A stretch of 56,031 bases of DNA from a virus (taxonomy: Duplodnaviria; Caudoviricetes). Shown piece after piece: positions 27,801 through 36,955 of this stretch. Under the pieces are notes generated by a model, which ran no database searches, was not told where the DNA came from, and was given only the letters and a program-made list of their open reading frames with translations. The stretch spans positions 1 to 56,031 of IMG/VR virus record IMGVR_UViG_3300046837_000115, one strand, 5' to 3'. Position numbers and translations under genes: made by a program. Position 1 is the stretch's first letter. Every line of letters begins with the position of its first letter.

Positions 27801-28489
27801 AACACACCCGGATTCTGGGTCAGCTCAGGACGGAGTTGAAGGACTGGCAGTCCGGGCTGGCGGACGACCAGAAGGCTAGGTTGGACTGGCCGCTCGACCG
27901 GCGCGACGTCGAGCTTGACGTGGAGACGTTGAACTACGAGGCCAGCCAGATCCGGGCGATCAAGGCGCCGGAGCCGCAGCCGGACCAGACAGGTGGGGAA
28001 ACGGGCGGCGGCGGGGGCGGGGACACGGGTGGCGCTGGGGGCGGTGATACGGGGCATACGCCGCAGCAGCAGTGGCAGCAACAGAACCAGGGGATCATCA
28101 TCGAACAGCTAAAGGCGTACATCGCGCAGCTGCAGCAGGCTTTGGCGATCGGGGCTGCGCAGCAGGGTGTGATCGCGGCGTTCCAGCGCGGGACGCTGAA
28201 CGTTCCGGTGACCGGCAACTACCAGCTACACGCCGGTGAGCAGGTCACCCCCGCCGGGATAGTCCGCCACCCGATGCCTCCATACCGGATCGGCGGAGAC
28301 GGCAGTCCGGGGGGCGAGTGGGTATACGGCGGCGGCTCGGGCGGGGGGCGCCAGGGGCCGATGCACATCACGCTCGTCGTCGAAGGGAACGAAGGCACCC
28401 TCAAGGACTTTGTTTCGCTCCGCGCCGCCGAGGTGTACGACGAACGCGGACGGCGTGTCGACTACTACCTCCGCGAAGGACGACGGTAG
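24803..28489 (+). CDS. Tape measure protein (TP901-like core)
   Basis: 1228 aa, Ala-rich; G..GAQAGT.L, AFGG motifs; C-terminal AGGG.V and HAGE.V motifs. Confidence 0.92.
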   Translation: MAESTVRVMFLGDAAGLSAATKKGEASFGALGRAAKLAGTVMAAGLGIAVVESVKLAVQFQKSMTMIQTQAGASAAEVKKLSGEVLKLAPKVGTGPDALAQGLFHLESQGLRSAKAMDALKIAAEGAKVGNANLEDVTNALGAVMVSGIKGAGDLNNVMGELNATVGAGDMRMQDLADALGTGLAAKAKVAGVSIRDISSALAVFGDNNIRGAQAGTLLGSTIRIMAAPSGAAAKALKSVGISATELADDIRNRGLVAAIQDLKSHLESAGLTASEQARVLTQAFGGRQSTGVQILVGQLERLKTKEQEVADGGNKFGAAWKATTDTLKFQLDKTKASLEAAAIPIGNLLLPALGAAAGKVADFAGAVQAHMPEIKAAFGDISSAIGDVGSKLAGLATSPTGMSAIGAIAAGGLTAKGIVGVSGAIAGLGSMLGRLGPWGLAASAAIGLITFAFIRSRFQVNEFDDAVKKIQSTLSGTQSAVAQHTAAVNQLSQAHLNVKTSGEQLRAAEQALGALWRAGKVGTDEYTKAQDVLTQAKINSRVASAELKAAEQNEGNTRKAQTKAISDQKDAFAALDKKSADLSGRYDRLIAQNKTLAQGGSVVSQQQRTYNKELMAGLVDNYASSISKLRGALGLSGVSARDVSKAVHEIANQIHGIPPLKEVLVRLRVQQLFVTIWDTIRRTTTQVTKPLAGRAGGGFVPGSSPGAPTLILAHAGEVVLNQQQQEALGGQQAIASMFGFTGQEGPGFASGGIVRSRKSPHHSPKYTKPLRRATAAVNRVNAALSAIADVIQRTDRSYGQQVREDDITQEQFLVDVPDGKGGTVTVLDKDAVAQRLKEIAGLVGMRGDMLALLDEKKADLDEAVKDMTIAIAAVKKAIEEEQKAIAADTKEIKELNDDIKKRQARVDDDRKEIREQNKAIADLRDKESGARKRLAAERAKKKPDKAVEARIVAEIAGYENQIDSRDDRKKVLSDDVATQIIGERKDRNRISAVTADREKHTRILGQLRTELKDWQSGLADDQKARLDWPLDRRDVELDVETLNYEASQIRAIKAPEPQPDQTGGETGGGGGGDTGGAGGGDTGHTPQQQWQQQNQGIIIEQLKAYIAQLQQALAIGAAQQGVIAAFQRGTLNVPVTGNYQLHAGEQVTPAGIVRHPMPPYRIGGDGSPGGEWVYGGGSGGGRQGPMHITLVVEGNEGTLKDFVSLRAAEVYDERGRRVDYYLREGRR

Positions 28490-29926
28490 ATGGATTCTTA
28501 TATCGTGACCAGCCCGGCGGGTAGCCAGATCGACATCGGGTCGTATCTGATCAAAGACACCGGTTTGGACTTCGGGCTGAAAGACGTCGTCCACCACGTC
28601 TACGTGAAGAACCCGCACGCCGAGGCTGTGGTTCAGGCGTTCGACGAGACGAACCCGCGGCAGATGACGTTTCGTGTCCGGTTGGCGTCGAGCGGAAACT
28701 TCACCCAGGGGCTGACGGGGGCGGAGGCGTTCCTCCGCGGCGCCGCCCGCGCCGGAGGTTACATCGACCTGAAACCGGACGGGGTCGCCACGGGTGACAT
28801 GGTCCGCTTCGATATCGTCGGCGGCCGGTACGAGCCCGAGTACGGCCTCGACCTTCAGAAGATCGCGCGTCGCGAGGGGATGCTGTACCTCGATGTTGAG
28901 CCGTTCGGGTACTCGCCGTCCGTGATCACGATCGCCTCGGTGGCTAGTACCTATCTGGGGGCGGTCGCTGTCCCTGGCGCCAGTGTGATCGGCGACGCGC
29001 TCGCCCAGGCCGAGGTCGTCCTCCAGGCCACTGTCGCGTCGAGCTACCCGATCGGGTGGGTGTCGGATGTTGTCGCGTGGTCGCTCGCGGGCAGGGCGTC
29101 GTTCGTGGCGTTCTGGCCTGCCGCGTCGATAGCGTCTGCTGTAGTCGGCGGTGTCGCTGCGGCCGACACCTTCGCGCCGGGCGGGAACGTGCTTCAGCTG
29201 CCGGTCAACCGCACCGCGGGGGCGTGGTCGAAGGTCGCCGTCGCGACGATCCCTGTCGCGCGGGAGCCCGCGTACCGCGGACGGTTCCGGGCGTTCGCGT
29301 TCGCGAAGTGGGCCGCGGCGCAGACGCAGCCCGCCTACCTGTCGATCGACGCTGCTGTGGGTGCGAGCGCGCCGTTCGCGTCATGGGCGAACATCGCTAC
29401 CGTCTTCACCAGCGCGGCGTTCGCGGGCTCGCCTGCCCACCAGGTGCTCGACCTCGGCGAGATGTACCTTCCGCCGGGGGCGTCCGGAATGCCCCAGGAC
29501 GTTCAGCTCCGCGTGTGGGGAGCACCTGGCGCGTCCGGGTTTGCTGCCACGCCGCTCCTCAACCTCGCTGGACTGTACCTGCTGCCGGTCGACGGGCCCG
29601 CCGGTGTGTTGGTTAAGGGTGTTGCGCAGCCGGGGTTCCCTCCGACCAGGGCGGCGTTCCTGTCTACCGACACGCGGCGGACGATCATCGGACAGGCCAC
29701 CCAGGACATGGGGTCCTACTATCCGCTCGCGATCGGCGACCCGAACTACCGCGGTGTCGCGCCGTACATCGGGGCGTCGACTGTCCAGCTAGACTCGTTC
29801 GTCGCTCAGCGTCCTACCACGGCGCTGGTCGGGTCTGCCGGTAACCCGTACGCGCTCGGAGGCGTGAACTTCCAGGCCGCCCGGGTCGCCTACCAGCCAA
29901 GGTTCTATTTCCTGAAGGCGGTCTAG
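28490..29926 (+). CDS. Minor tail protein (distal-tail-like)
   Basis: Directly after the tape measure; L.VEPFGY and YQPRF motifs. Confidence 0.65.
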   Translation: MDSYIVTSPAGSQIDIGSYLIKDTGLDFGLKDVVHHVYVKNPHAEAVVQAFDETNPRQMTFRVRLASSGNFTQGLTGAEAFLRGAARAGGYIDLKPDGVATGDMVRFDIVGGRYEPEYGLDLQKIARREGMLYLDVEPFGYSPSVITIASVASTYLGAVAVPGASVIGDALAQAEVVLQATVASSYPIGWVSDVVAWSLAGRASFVAFWPAASIASAVVGGVAAADTFAPGGNVLQLPVNRTAGAWSKVAVATIPVAREPAYRGRFRAFAFAKWAAAQTQPAYLSIDAAVGASAPFASWANIATVFTSAAFAGSPAHQVLDLGEMYLPPGASGMPQDVQLRVWGAPGASGFAATPLLNLAGLYLLPVDGPAGVLVKGVAQPGFPPTRAAFLSTDTRRTIIGQATQDMGSYYPLAIGDPNYRGVAPYIGASTVQLDSFVAQRPTTALVGSAGNPYALGGVNFQAARVAYQPRFYFLKAV

Positions 29927-29927
29927 C

Positions 29928-31568
29928 GTGGCGCTCGACGCCGGAGGCCCGCAAGGGTTCCAGCTCGAAGACATCCGGGTCGTCCTCGACCGGCCAGGCA
30001 TGCCCGACATCGAGATCACCCCGAACTTCGACACGATGACGTTCGCCACGCTAGCCGTCGGCGGGTTCGGGTCGTGTTCGTTCAGCATCCCCGGGGCGCC
30101 GTCGAAGTGGCGGCAGCAGATCCCCCACCTTTCGCTGCTCCGCGCCAGCTACGGCGGCCGAGTGTTGTACGAAGGCCAGGTCGAAGACATCGCCTTGTCG
30201 ATGTCCGGAGACCAGATGTCGACACGGATCGCCGCGTTCGGGCTGCAGCGGCTACTCGCCGAGGTGGGAGTCAGGCGCGTGTGGCTGCTCCGGTCGATCG
30301 ACTGGCAGACCGGCCGTTTGATCACCGGCAGCTCCGGCGGCGTCATCTTTGTGTACGACCCGGCGAACTGGGGCGGTGTCGCGACCGGCCAGTTCGACCC
30401 GACGTTGCTGTCCAGGATCGGCGTCGAGCTGAAGGGCACGACCGACAGCGGCCCGTCTCCGCTCGGGTCCTGCCAGGGCGTCTACTGGTACACCGGCGGC
30501 GCCACCCTGAACAACATGTTCTTCACGGCGAACAACCAATCGGGGAAAGACCCGTGCGCTATGGCTGTCCAGGCATCGTCGAACGGCACCGCCTGGACCG
30601 ACGTCGCGACCCACACTGGGGCGACGTTCTTCGGTCCGTTGGCGTTCAACGCAGCGCTACCGGCCGGGACGAACTGGGTCCGGATCGTGGCGTACATGCC
30701 GGTGTCTCACACCGGCGGATTGCACGCCTATCTGCAGGTCGAGAACATCGGGGTGACGGGGATCGCGAACGCCCTCGACGCCGCGGGCGGCTACTACGGC
30801 GGCACCATCCTCAACGACCTCCTTGCGCTCGTCCCCGGGTTGACGGTCGGGACGATCGAGTCCGGTAGCGACTTCACCATCGAAGAGATCCAGCGCGCCG
30901 TCCGCTCCAGCATCCTCGACGTTGTCTCGGAGGTCGCGGGGTACTACACCCGCGAGTGGGGGGTGTGGGAGGACGGCCGGTTCGACTGGATCACCCGGAA
31001 CCTCGACCAGCCGCAGTGGGTCGCCCCGCTCTCTGGCTTCACGGCGCTCGATCTGACGGCCACCGTCGACGGGATGGGAAAGTCGTTGTACGTGATCTAT
31101 CAGGACGCGGCGTCGAAGGCGACGTCGGAGCAGTCAGCGGTCGGGACGAGCCAGCGTAACCCGTACGTGAAGACCGGACGGATCAAGGACGCGTTGATCC
31201 AGCCGGGGTTCGCAATGACCGCCGCGTCCGCGTCGCAGCTCGCCGCGAAGCTCGTCGGCGACGTCGCGTCTTATCCGTTGATCCGCGGGACGTTCACCCT
31301 CCCCGCCCGCGCTCCTGTCGCTCATACCGCGCACGGACCGCAGCCTGCGTGGACGATCCGGGCAGGAGACAACATCCTGATCCCCGACCTCCCCACAAGC
31401 GAGCTGGCGTCGTCTGGGAAGAGGGACGGCGAGACGCTGTTCCATATCGTCACGACCGACACCGACCTGGGCGCCAACACGATCCAGCTCACGGTCGAAG
31501 GCCAGCTGAACCGCAGCGACATCCTGGTGGCACGGCTCGCCGCGGTCACCCGGGTCATCGGCGGCTAA
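29928..31568 (+). CDS. Minor tail / baseplate hub protein
   Basis: GGFGSCSF, VLYEGQV, IRAGD motifs; position. Confidence 0.65.
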   Translation: MALDAGGPQGFQLEDIRVVLDRPGMPDIEITPNFDTMTFATLAVGGFGSCSFSIPGAPSKWRQQIPHLSLLRASYGGRVLYEGQVEDIALSMSGDQMSTRIAAFGLQRLLAEVGVRRVWLLRSIDWQTGRLITGSSGGVIFVYDPANWGGVATGQFDPTLLSRIGVELKGTTDSGPSPLGSCQGVYWYTGGATLNNMFFTANNQSGKDPCAMAVQASSNGTAWTDVATHTGATFFGPLAFNAALPAGTNWVRIVAYMPVSHTGGLHAYLQVENIGVTGIANALDAAGGYYGGTILNDLLALVPGLTVGTIESGSDFTIEEIQRAVRSSILDVVSEVAGYYTREWGVWEDGRFDWITRNLDQPQWVAPLSGFTALDLTATVDGMGKSLYVIYQDAASKATSEQSAVGTSQRNPYVKTGRIKDALIQPGFAMTAASASQLAAKLVGDVASYPLIRGTFTLPARAPVAHTAHGPQPAWTIRAGDNILIPDLPTSELASSGKRDGETLFHIVTTDTDLGANTIQLTVEGQLNRSDILVARLAAVTRVIGG

Positions 31569-31591
31569 CCCCTTTTTAGAAGGAGGGTCGC

Positions 31592-32395
31592 ATGGCGCAA
31601 CCAAGCGTCAAGTTCGACCGTGTCGTAAAGGCCGGGATGACCGGCGACGACGTGATCGCGATCAAGATCATCACGTCCCGGGCCGGGTGCTGGCCGTGGC
31701 AGGAGTTCGACAACGTCGCCCACCCCGACTTCATGAACGGCAAGGGGAAGTGGCCGGGGTTGAAAGGGCTGCAGCGCCTGCTCGGCGTGAAGGTCGACGG
31801 TGTCTACGGGCAGAACACCCACGCGACGTCGCTGCCGTTCCGGGTGCCGAAGGGGAAGACGCATGGAGGGGAGTACGTGTGGGACGGCCACGCCCAGGCG
31901 TTGTATGAGGGCGCCTATCCCGACCTCCACGCCCGCACGGTCGTCGCCGACGTCTTCACGTGGTGGCAGTGGATGGTCGACCGGGAGCCGCAGATCGGCT
32001 ACCGGATGTGGCGGCCCATGCAGGAGCTTCGGCTCCACCACGAGCCGCCGCATCTGCCGTTCGACGAGGACTGCTCATCGACGTTCATCTACTGCGCGTT
32101 CCTCGGGGGCGCCAAGAGCCCGGATCTCGCCTATGGGTTCAGCGGGTTCGGGAACACCGACAGCCTGGTCCGGTGCGGGATCCCGATCCTGCAGTCGCAG
32201 ATCGGGGAGTACTGCCAAACCCACTACGTCGGTGTCTACTACGGGACGAGCGTGTGGTCGACGCATCATGTCGCCGCCGCCAAGTCGCCGACGAAGTTCG
32301 GCAGCATGGGACGGCAGGGCGCGCCGGAGTGGTACCACTCGATCGGCGACGGACCCGGGAACGTTGCCGCCATCAGGGCGCACGAGGTTCTGTGA
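31592..32395 (+). CDS. Endolysin: peptidoglycan-binding domain + NlpC/P60-like peptidase
   Basis: LQRLLGVKVDGVYG.NT; DCSS catalytic Cys; HVA His; G.GNT. Confidence 0.75.
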   Translation: MAQPSVKFDRVVKAGMTGDDVIAIKIITSRAGCWPWQEFDNVAHPDFMNGKGKWPGLKGLQRLLGVKVDGVYGQNTHATSLPFRVPKGKTHGGEYVWDGHAQALYEGAYPDLHARTVVADVFTWWQWMVDREPQIGYRMWRPMQELRLHHEPPHLPFDEDCSSTFIYCAFLGGAKSPDLAYGFSGFGNTDSLVRCGIPILQSQIGEYCQTHYVGVYYGTSVWSTHHVAAAKSPTKFGSMGRQGAPEWYHSIGDGPGNVAAIRAHEVL

Positions 32396-32447
32396 CCCGC
32401 TACAGGGAGGGAGGGCAGGGTTGTGACGACTGCCGTCAGCCACAGCC

Positions 32448-33050
32448 GTGGCCGCTGATGACGTACCGCTCCGCGAACTGCTCGAACAACGCCTCGCGGA
32501 CGAGCGACGCTACTACGACAAACGCTTCGACGAGATCGCCGACGCGCTCGCCAAGGCCAGCGAAGCGAACGAACGCCGCCTCGAAGGACTCAACGAGTGG
32601 CGGCAACAGTCGAAAGACCGGGAGGCGAACTGGACAGGCATCGAAGATTTCCGCACGTTCCGGGAAACCTGGCGGATCGCCCACGAAGACCTCGCCGGAC
32701 GGTTCAGCGAACTCGCCGCTAACGCCGTCGCCATCGACCGCTTCGACGCGCTGGAACGGGCAGTCAGTGTGTCCGCGGGCAGGCGCACCGCGATCGCAGG
32801 CGGCGCCGGTGTATTGGTCGCCGTCGTCGCGCTCCTGTTCACGCAGTTGTCGCGCAGCATCCCCACCCACGCGCAGATACAAGGGCAGATCGTGACCGAA
32901 GCCCCCTGGCTACAGGACAAACCCGCCATCGAGGCACGGATCACCCGACTGGAAGTGAGCGAGGCGAAACAGGACGACAGCCTCGCGGGCATCGTCGCGC
33001 TCGACAAGTTCTTCTGCCACACCCGCGCCCCGAAACTACCGGGATGCTGA
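32448..33050 (+). CDS. Coiled-coil membrane protein of the lysis module
   Basis: KA..ANERRLEGLNEWR coiled coil and one TM helix. Confidence 0.65.
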   Translation: MAADDVPLRELLEQRLADERRYYDKRFDEIADALAKASEANERRLEGLNEWRQQSKDREANWTGIEDFRTFRETWRIAHEDLAGRFSELAANAVAIDRFDALERAVSVSAGRRTAIAGGAGVLVAVVALLFTQLSRSIPTHAQIQGQIVTEAPWLQDKPAIEARITRLEVSEAKQDDSLAGIVALDKFFCHTRAPKLPGC

Positions 33051-33115
33051 CCGTGATCATCGCCATCGTCGTCTGCCTGATCGTCGCAGGCGTCCTGATC
33101 GGCAAAGCACTCTAG
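33044..33115 (+). CDS. 23-aa single-TM micro-protein MLTVIIAIVVCLIVAGVLIGKAL
   Basis: Overlaps the upstream stop; entirely hydrophobic; not in the ORF track. Confidence 0.45.
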   Translation: MLTVIIAIVVCLIVAGVLIGKAL

Positions 33116-33129
33116 AAAAGGAGGCGCCG

Positions 33130-33216
33130 GTGCTAGCGACTACCGAGCACGACCTGATCGTGGTCGTCCTGATCCTCGCGGTCATCGCGCTCGTCATCTT
33201 CATCGTCAAACACTAG
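33130..33216 (+). CDS. 28-aa single-TM micro-protein MLATTEHDLIVVVLILAVIALVIFIVKH
   Basis: Strong AAGGAGG RBS; not in the ORF track. Confidence 0.55.
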   Translation: MLATTEHDLIVVVLILAVIALVIFIVKH

Positions 33217-33225
33217 GAGGCCATC

Positions 33226-33477
33226 GTGCCCAACATGCCGGTAACCCCGGTCACTCCGAAAGCCGCACCAGGGCAGTTCGCATCCCCAGACATCACCGCC
33301 GCCCAGGTCCTGTCCGTCATCTCCGCCGTCGCCGCGCAGGTCGTCGCGTGGGGGATCATGACGCAGGGCACGTCGGCGCAGCTCGTGTCGATCGCCGGGA
33401 TCGTGCTCCCCGCCGTCTGGGCGGTCGTTGACTCCGTCATCCGCCACGGACGCGCCACCGGGAGCGCCACAAAGTGA
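33226..33477 (+). CDS. Putative holin (two TM)
   Basis: AGGAGG RBS; two hydrophobic segments; basic C-terminus; lysis context. Confidence 0.6.
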   Translation: MPNMPVTPVTPKAAPGQFASPDITAAQVLSVISAVAAQVVAWGIMTQGTSAQLVSIAGIVLPAVWAVVDSVIRHGRATGSATK

Positions 33478-33785
33478 CCGACGAGGAGAGCCATCACCGA
33501 CCCGACGTAGGGCCTCAGCTCGCGTGGATCGACCAGCGGCTACAGGTGATCGAGCGGCACCTGGAGTCGATCATGCGGAAGCTCCGCTCTGTCCAACACG
33601 ACGAAAGGATCATCATGGCCGACCAGGACGCACTCGACGCAGCTATCGCGTCGCTCCAGACCGCTGTTGACGCCATCGTGGCGAAGCTCGGCGAGGTCCC
33701 GAACGCGCCGGACTTCTCCGCCGAGGTCGCTTCGTTGACGGCGGCGACGGACGAGATCAACGCCGCCCTCGCCCCGCCCGCCTGA
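33474..33785 (+). CDS. Coiled-coil hypothetical protein
   Basis: Heptad pattern; internal RBS+ATG (MADQD) may give a second start. Confidence 0.6.
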   Translation: MTDEESHHRPDVGPQLAWIDQRLQVIERHLESIMRKLRSVQHDERIIMADQDALDAAIASLQTAVDAIVAKLGEVPNAPDFSAEVASLTAATDEINAALAPPA

Positions 33786-33790
33786 CGAAG

Positions 33791-34543
33791 ATGCCGAAGC
33801 TCGGCAAACGTCCGTACGTCCCGGACATTCGGGACATCACGTTCGCCGCGATCAAGCCGGAGGCTCCGCTCCCCATGCCGGAGCCTCCGGCGCGTTTCGG
33901 TCACGGCGGCGCGTTCAAAGACTGGCGCATGCTCGGCAACGACAAGTACGGCGACTGCGTCTTCGCCGGGGGCGCCCACGAAACGATGCTGACGGCGAAG
34001 CTGGGCGGGCATGTAGCGGCGTTCAACGACACTGGTGTCCTGTCCGACTATTCGGCGGTCACCGGGTTTCAGCCGAACGACCCGTACTCAGATCAGGGCG
34101 CCGACGTCCGCGAGACGCTCGGCTACCGCCGTCACACCGGCCTCGTCGACTCCTCGGGGCACCGACACAAGATCGGCGCATACGTCTCCCTCAATGCGGG
34201 CGACTGGACGGAGCTATGGCAGGCAGTCTTCATCTTCACCGCCGTCGGCATGGGCTTTCAGTTCCCCGACACCGCGATGGACCAGTTCGACGCCGGGGAG
34301 CCGTGGGACATCGTCCCGAACGCCCAGATCGACGGAGGTCACTACGTCCCCGTCGTCGGCCGTTCAAGCGTCGGTGTCGGGGCGTGCGTGACGTGGGCGA
34401 AACGCCAGCCGTTCACCCGCAAGTTCTACGAGACATATGCGGACGAGGCGTGGGCGATCATCTACCCCGAAGAGCTAAAGGTGGGGCACACGGAGCACGG
34501 GTTCAGCCTCGCCACCCTCAGAACCTATCTGGGGCAACTGTGA
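33791..34543 (+). CDS. Papain-like cysteine peptidase
   Basis: MLGND.YGDCVFAG, GGHYVPVVG, VTW motifs. Confidence 0.7.
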   Translation: MPKLGKRPYVPDIRDITFAAIKPEAPLPMPEPPARFGHGGAFKDWRMLGNDKYGDCVFAGGAHETMLTAKLGGHVAAFNDTGVLSDYSAVTGFQPNDPYSDQGADVRETLGYRRHTGLVDSSGHRHKIGAYVSLNAGDWTELWQAVFIFTAVGMGFQFPDTAMDQFDAGEPWDIVPNAQIDGGHYVPVVGRSSVGVGACVTWAKRQPFTRKFYETYADEAWAIIYPEELKVGHTEHGFSLATLRTYLGQL

Positions 34544-34638
34544 CCCCCGGCTGGGTCATCCTCATCGTTGTCCCGACCCTGCTCGTCGGGCTCCCCGCGC
34601 TGATCGTGTTCGGGATCCCGGCACTCATCCGCCGGTGA
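34540..34638 (+). CDS. 32-aa TM micro-protein
   Basis: GTGA overlaps at both ends; MTPGWVILIVVPTLLVGLPALIVFGIPALIRR. Confidence 0.5.
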   Translation: MTPGWVILIVVPTLLVGLPALIVFGIPALIRR

Positions 34639-34868
34639 GTGGCGTGTCGCCGCGGCGTCAGCAGATCGCCGCCGCCTCCTGCGGCGCCAGCGCGGGCGTT
34701 CTGTTCGTGTGGTTCCTCGACCTGGCCGGTGTCGCGTTGACCCCGGCCGCTGGCGCCGTCCTCGCGTCGATGTTCACGACCGTCGTGATATCGCTCGGCC
34801 GCGACGGTGTGCGCGGGTTGGCCCGCAAGTTCTGGCGTGGAGTGAACGGAAACGGAGGTGGCACATGA
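34635..34868 (+). CDS. Two-TM holin-like protein
   Basis: Hydrophobic segments; translationally coupled. Confidence 0.55.
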   Translation: MSGVSPRRQQIAAASCGASAGVLFVWFLDLAGVALTPAAGAVLASMFTTVVISLGRDGVRGLARKFWRGVNGNGGGT

Positions 34869-35905
34869 CCCGCCCCCCGTGGTGGCTTGACGCGTGCAGG
34901 CTCCGCGTCGGCCTGCTGAAACGCCCGCAACCCCAGGTTCCGCACCTCACCCGGCCGAACCACGACGCCGAGCTGGACGAACTCGACAGGTTCGCAGCCT
35001 GGCTGGTCTGGTTTGAAGGATCGAAGAAAGGGTTGCGGCCGAAGGTGTGGAAACGCGTCCCCGCCTACGCCTGGAAGATTTGGGGCGAATACGCGGTCGC
35101 GCACCCGAAGCCGCCGATCCCGACGCCGAAGCCGCCTCCGCTGGACGGGCCGCCGTCACGGTGGAAGAACACGCCGTGGACGATCAAGCACGTCCACATC
35201 AGCCACGGACTCCGCACCGTCGACCCCGTCTGGACGATCGACCAGCTGATCGGCCGCGCCCGGCAGGCGGGGTGCGGCGCGATCGTCGCGCAGATCGGCG
35301 GCGACTGCCCCGACCCCGACTGGGCGGAACACTGCCGCGCTCTGTACGCGGCGGGGAAGCAGGCGGGGCTCCGCATCGGCGCGTGGGGACGCATGGACTA
35401 CATCGGGTGGGAGCAAGTCAAGCAGGCGATCCGCTCCGTGCTGCCTTTGGACGGTGTGCTCGCCGACGTCGAGGCCCGCTGCTCAGACCAGCAGCTACCC
35501 GAGCACCTCGTCGCCGAGTTCCCGGGGCTGCCGCTGGGCGTGATCGCCACCGGGGCGATCGACCAGGCGTTCGACAACCACTCGCCGCAGCAGGTGGCTG
35601 CCCGGTTCGGCGATTACTTCGACTACGTCGGTCAGGACTACCACAAGACCGAACTGCCGTTGACGCCGGACGACGGCGAGAACTTCGTCTACTGGCGCTC
35701 AACCGCCAAAGTGGCGCACGGGTTCCGCCACCTGCCTGACGCGGCTAACCACTGGCACGTGCCCGTCGTGATGCCGAACGCGGAGACGTGCCCGCCGCTC
35801 GAGGCCCACCGCGAGTGGCTCAAGGGTTACACGCCGCACTACGGAGTGTGGGACGGTGAACTCGTCGAGGCGAACGGCGAGTGGGACGTGTTCGCCAGCA
35901 TCTAG
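34865..35905 (+). CDS. Putative glycoside hydrolase-like TIM-barrel protein (possible second lysin)
   Basis: GGAGG RBS; Pro-rich linker; GLRIGAWG and DGVLADVE (DxE) motifs. Confidence 0.5.
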   Translation: MTRPPWWLDACRLRVGLLKRPQPQVPHLTRPNHDAELDELDRFAAWLVWFEGSKKGLRPKVWKRVPAYAWKIWGEYAVAHPKPPIPTPKPPPLDGPPSRWKNTPWTIKHVHISHGLRTVDPVWTIDQLIGRARQAGCGAIVAQIGGDCPDPDWAEHCRALYAAGKQAGLRIGAWGRMDYIGWEQVKQAIRSVLPLDGVLADVEARCSDQQLPEHLVAEFPGLPLGVIATGAIDQAFDNHSPQQVAARFGDYFDYVGQDYHKTELPLTPDDGENFVYWRSTAKVAHGFRHLPDAANHWHVPVVMPNAETCPPLEAHREWLKGYTPHYGVWDGELVEANGEWDVFASI

Positions 35906-35945
35906 CCGTCCGCGGCACCTTGTACGTTTAGTGCGCGCGTCCTAG

Positions 35946-35980
35946 CGCCCGTCTCTCCACATGGAGGGGCGGGCGTTTTT
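35946..35980 (+). terminator. Rho-independent terminator ending the late operon
   Basis: CGCCCGTCTCTCCA-ca-TGGAGGGGCGGGCG followed by TTTTT. Confidence 0.85.
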
Positions 35981-35986
35981 GTCGTT

Positions 35987-36199
35987 CTACGGGTCGAGTA
36001 GTCCCGCGAGCCTGAGGAGAGCTAGCGTCGCGTCGTAGTTCGGCCGCGAGGATCCTTCGCGCCACCGTCTGACCCTGCCCGGCGAACTGTAGGCGCCGAG
36101 GTCGAGTGCGCGGGACAGCTTCGAGGATGCGTGGGAGTCGTCTGGCTCTATCTGTGCGCCCTCCATCGCTAGGCGGATCAACTCCATGGGCTCCACCAT
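35987..36199 (-). CDS. Small XRE-like HTH repressor
   Basis: LSRALDL...VRRWREGSSRP.....LL motif; divergent from the early operon. Confidence 0.6.
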   Translation of the reverse strand: MVEPMELIRLAMEGAQIEPDDSHASSKLSRALDLGAYSSPGRVRRWREGSSRPNYDATLALLRLAGLLDP

Positions 36200-36242
36200 G
36201 GAAGCCAAACACGGCCTAGTTGTAATGTCTGCGCGGGCGTAC

Positions 36243-36271
36243 TTGACAGTGCTTGTTTGGACGTGCATACT
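36243..36271 (+). promoter_or_regulatory. Sigma70-type early promoter
   Basis: TTGACA-17 nt-CATACT; TACTTG repeated over both boxes (possible operator). Confidence 0.7.
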
Positions 36272-36282
36272 TGCGCCCTAGT

Positions 36283-36450
36283 ATGACATTGTCGGACGAA
36301 AAGGCAAGAGAAGTGATGCTTTCGGTGCGCGCTGAGCGCGAGTTACGCGATGCGCTTAGTCGCATCGCCACACGAAACGACCGCACGTTGAGCGCCGAAA
36401 TCCGCCGTGCTCTCAAGAAGTACGTGACAGCTGAGGCGAAGGCGGCGTGA
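36283..36450 (+). CDS. Ribbon-helix-helix (Arc/CopG-like) regulator
   Basis: LSVR...ELRDAL..IA...DRTLSAEIRRAL..YV. Confidence 0.75.
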   Translation: MTLSDEKAREVMLSVRAERELRDALSRIATRNDRTLSAEIRRALKKYVTAEAKAA

Positions 36451-36671
36451 CCGACCGTGAGCTTCGTCTTCGGGAGCGGATCGACCGGCTCAGCGACGAC
36501 CTGGAAAAGATCGAGGCGGAGGCCGCGCGTCTGCGTCGCCGTCTCAAGCGGGCGAGCGAGCGTTCGGTCAGGTACCGCAAGCAGGCTCAGAGCTGGCGCC
36601 ACCGTGCCATGTCAGGAAAAGCAACGAGACGCGCAACAACCGCCAAGGCAGCGCGCGTCTCGTCGACGTGA
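36447..36671 (+). CDS. Basic coiled-coil hypothetical protein
   Basis: GTGA coupling. Confidence 0.55.
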   Translation: MTDRELRLRERIDRLSDDLEKIEAEAARLRRRLKRASERSVRYRKQAQSWRHRAMSGKATRRATTAKAARVSST

Positions 36672-36955
36672 GGAGGATACACGTGAACATCTACGACGGG
36701 GCGTTCCTCGACGAGCACCGAGGCTTCGTGCAGCAGGTCGCCGAAGTCGCCGCGACCGCTGTAAAGGCCAGGCTCGCTGATGAGGTCGACCGACGCGACC
36801 TGGACGACATGTACGTCGAGGTCTCGGTCTGGTACTCGGGCCGCACCGGCGGCAACGTGAAGCTGATGACCGGCGACGCCGACCTTCAGAAGGCCGACCT
36901 GCGCGAGACCGAGCCGATCGCGTCGCGGCGTGCATCGTTCGAGGTCGTCAGGTGA
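36668..36955 (+). CDS. Hypothetical protein
   Basis: Coupled ORF in the early operon. Confidence 0.55.
   Translation: MRRIHVNIYDGAFLDEHRGFVQQVAEVAATAVKARLADEVDRRDLDDMYVEVSVWYSGRTGGNVKLMTGDADLQKADLRETEPIASRRASFEVVR

Noticed and set aside
26228-28081. 617-aa minus-strand ORF and similar long antisense ORFs (1782..2825, 21278..22252, 50779..51807)
   Set aside because: Shadow ORFs of high-GC coding genes, with no motifs or RBS
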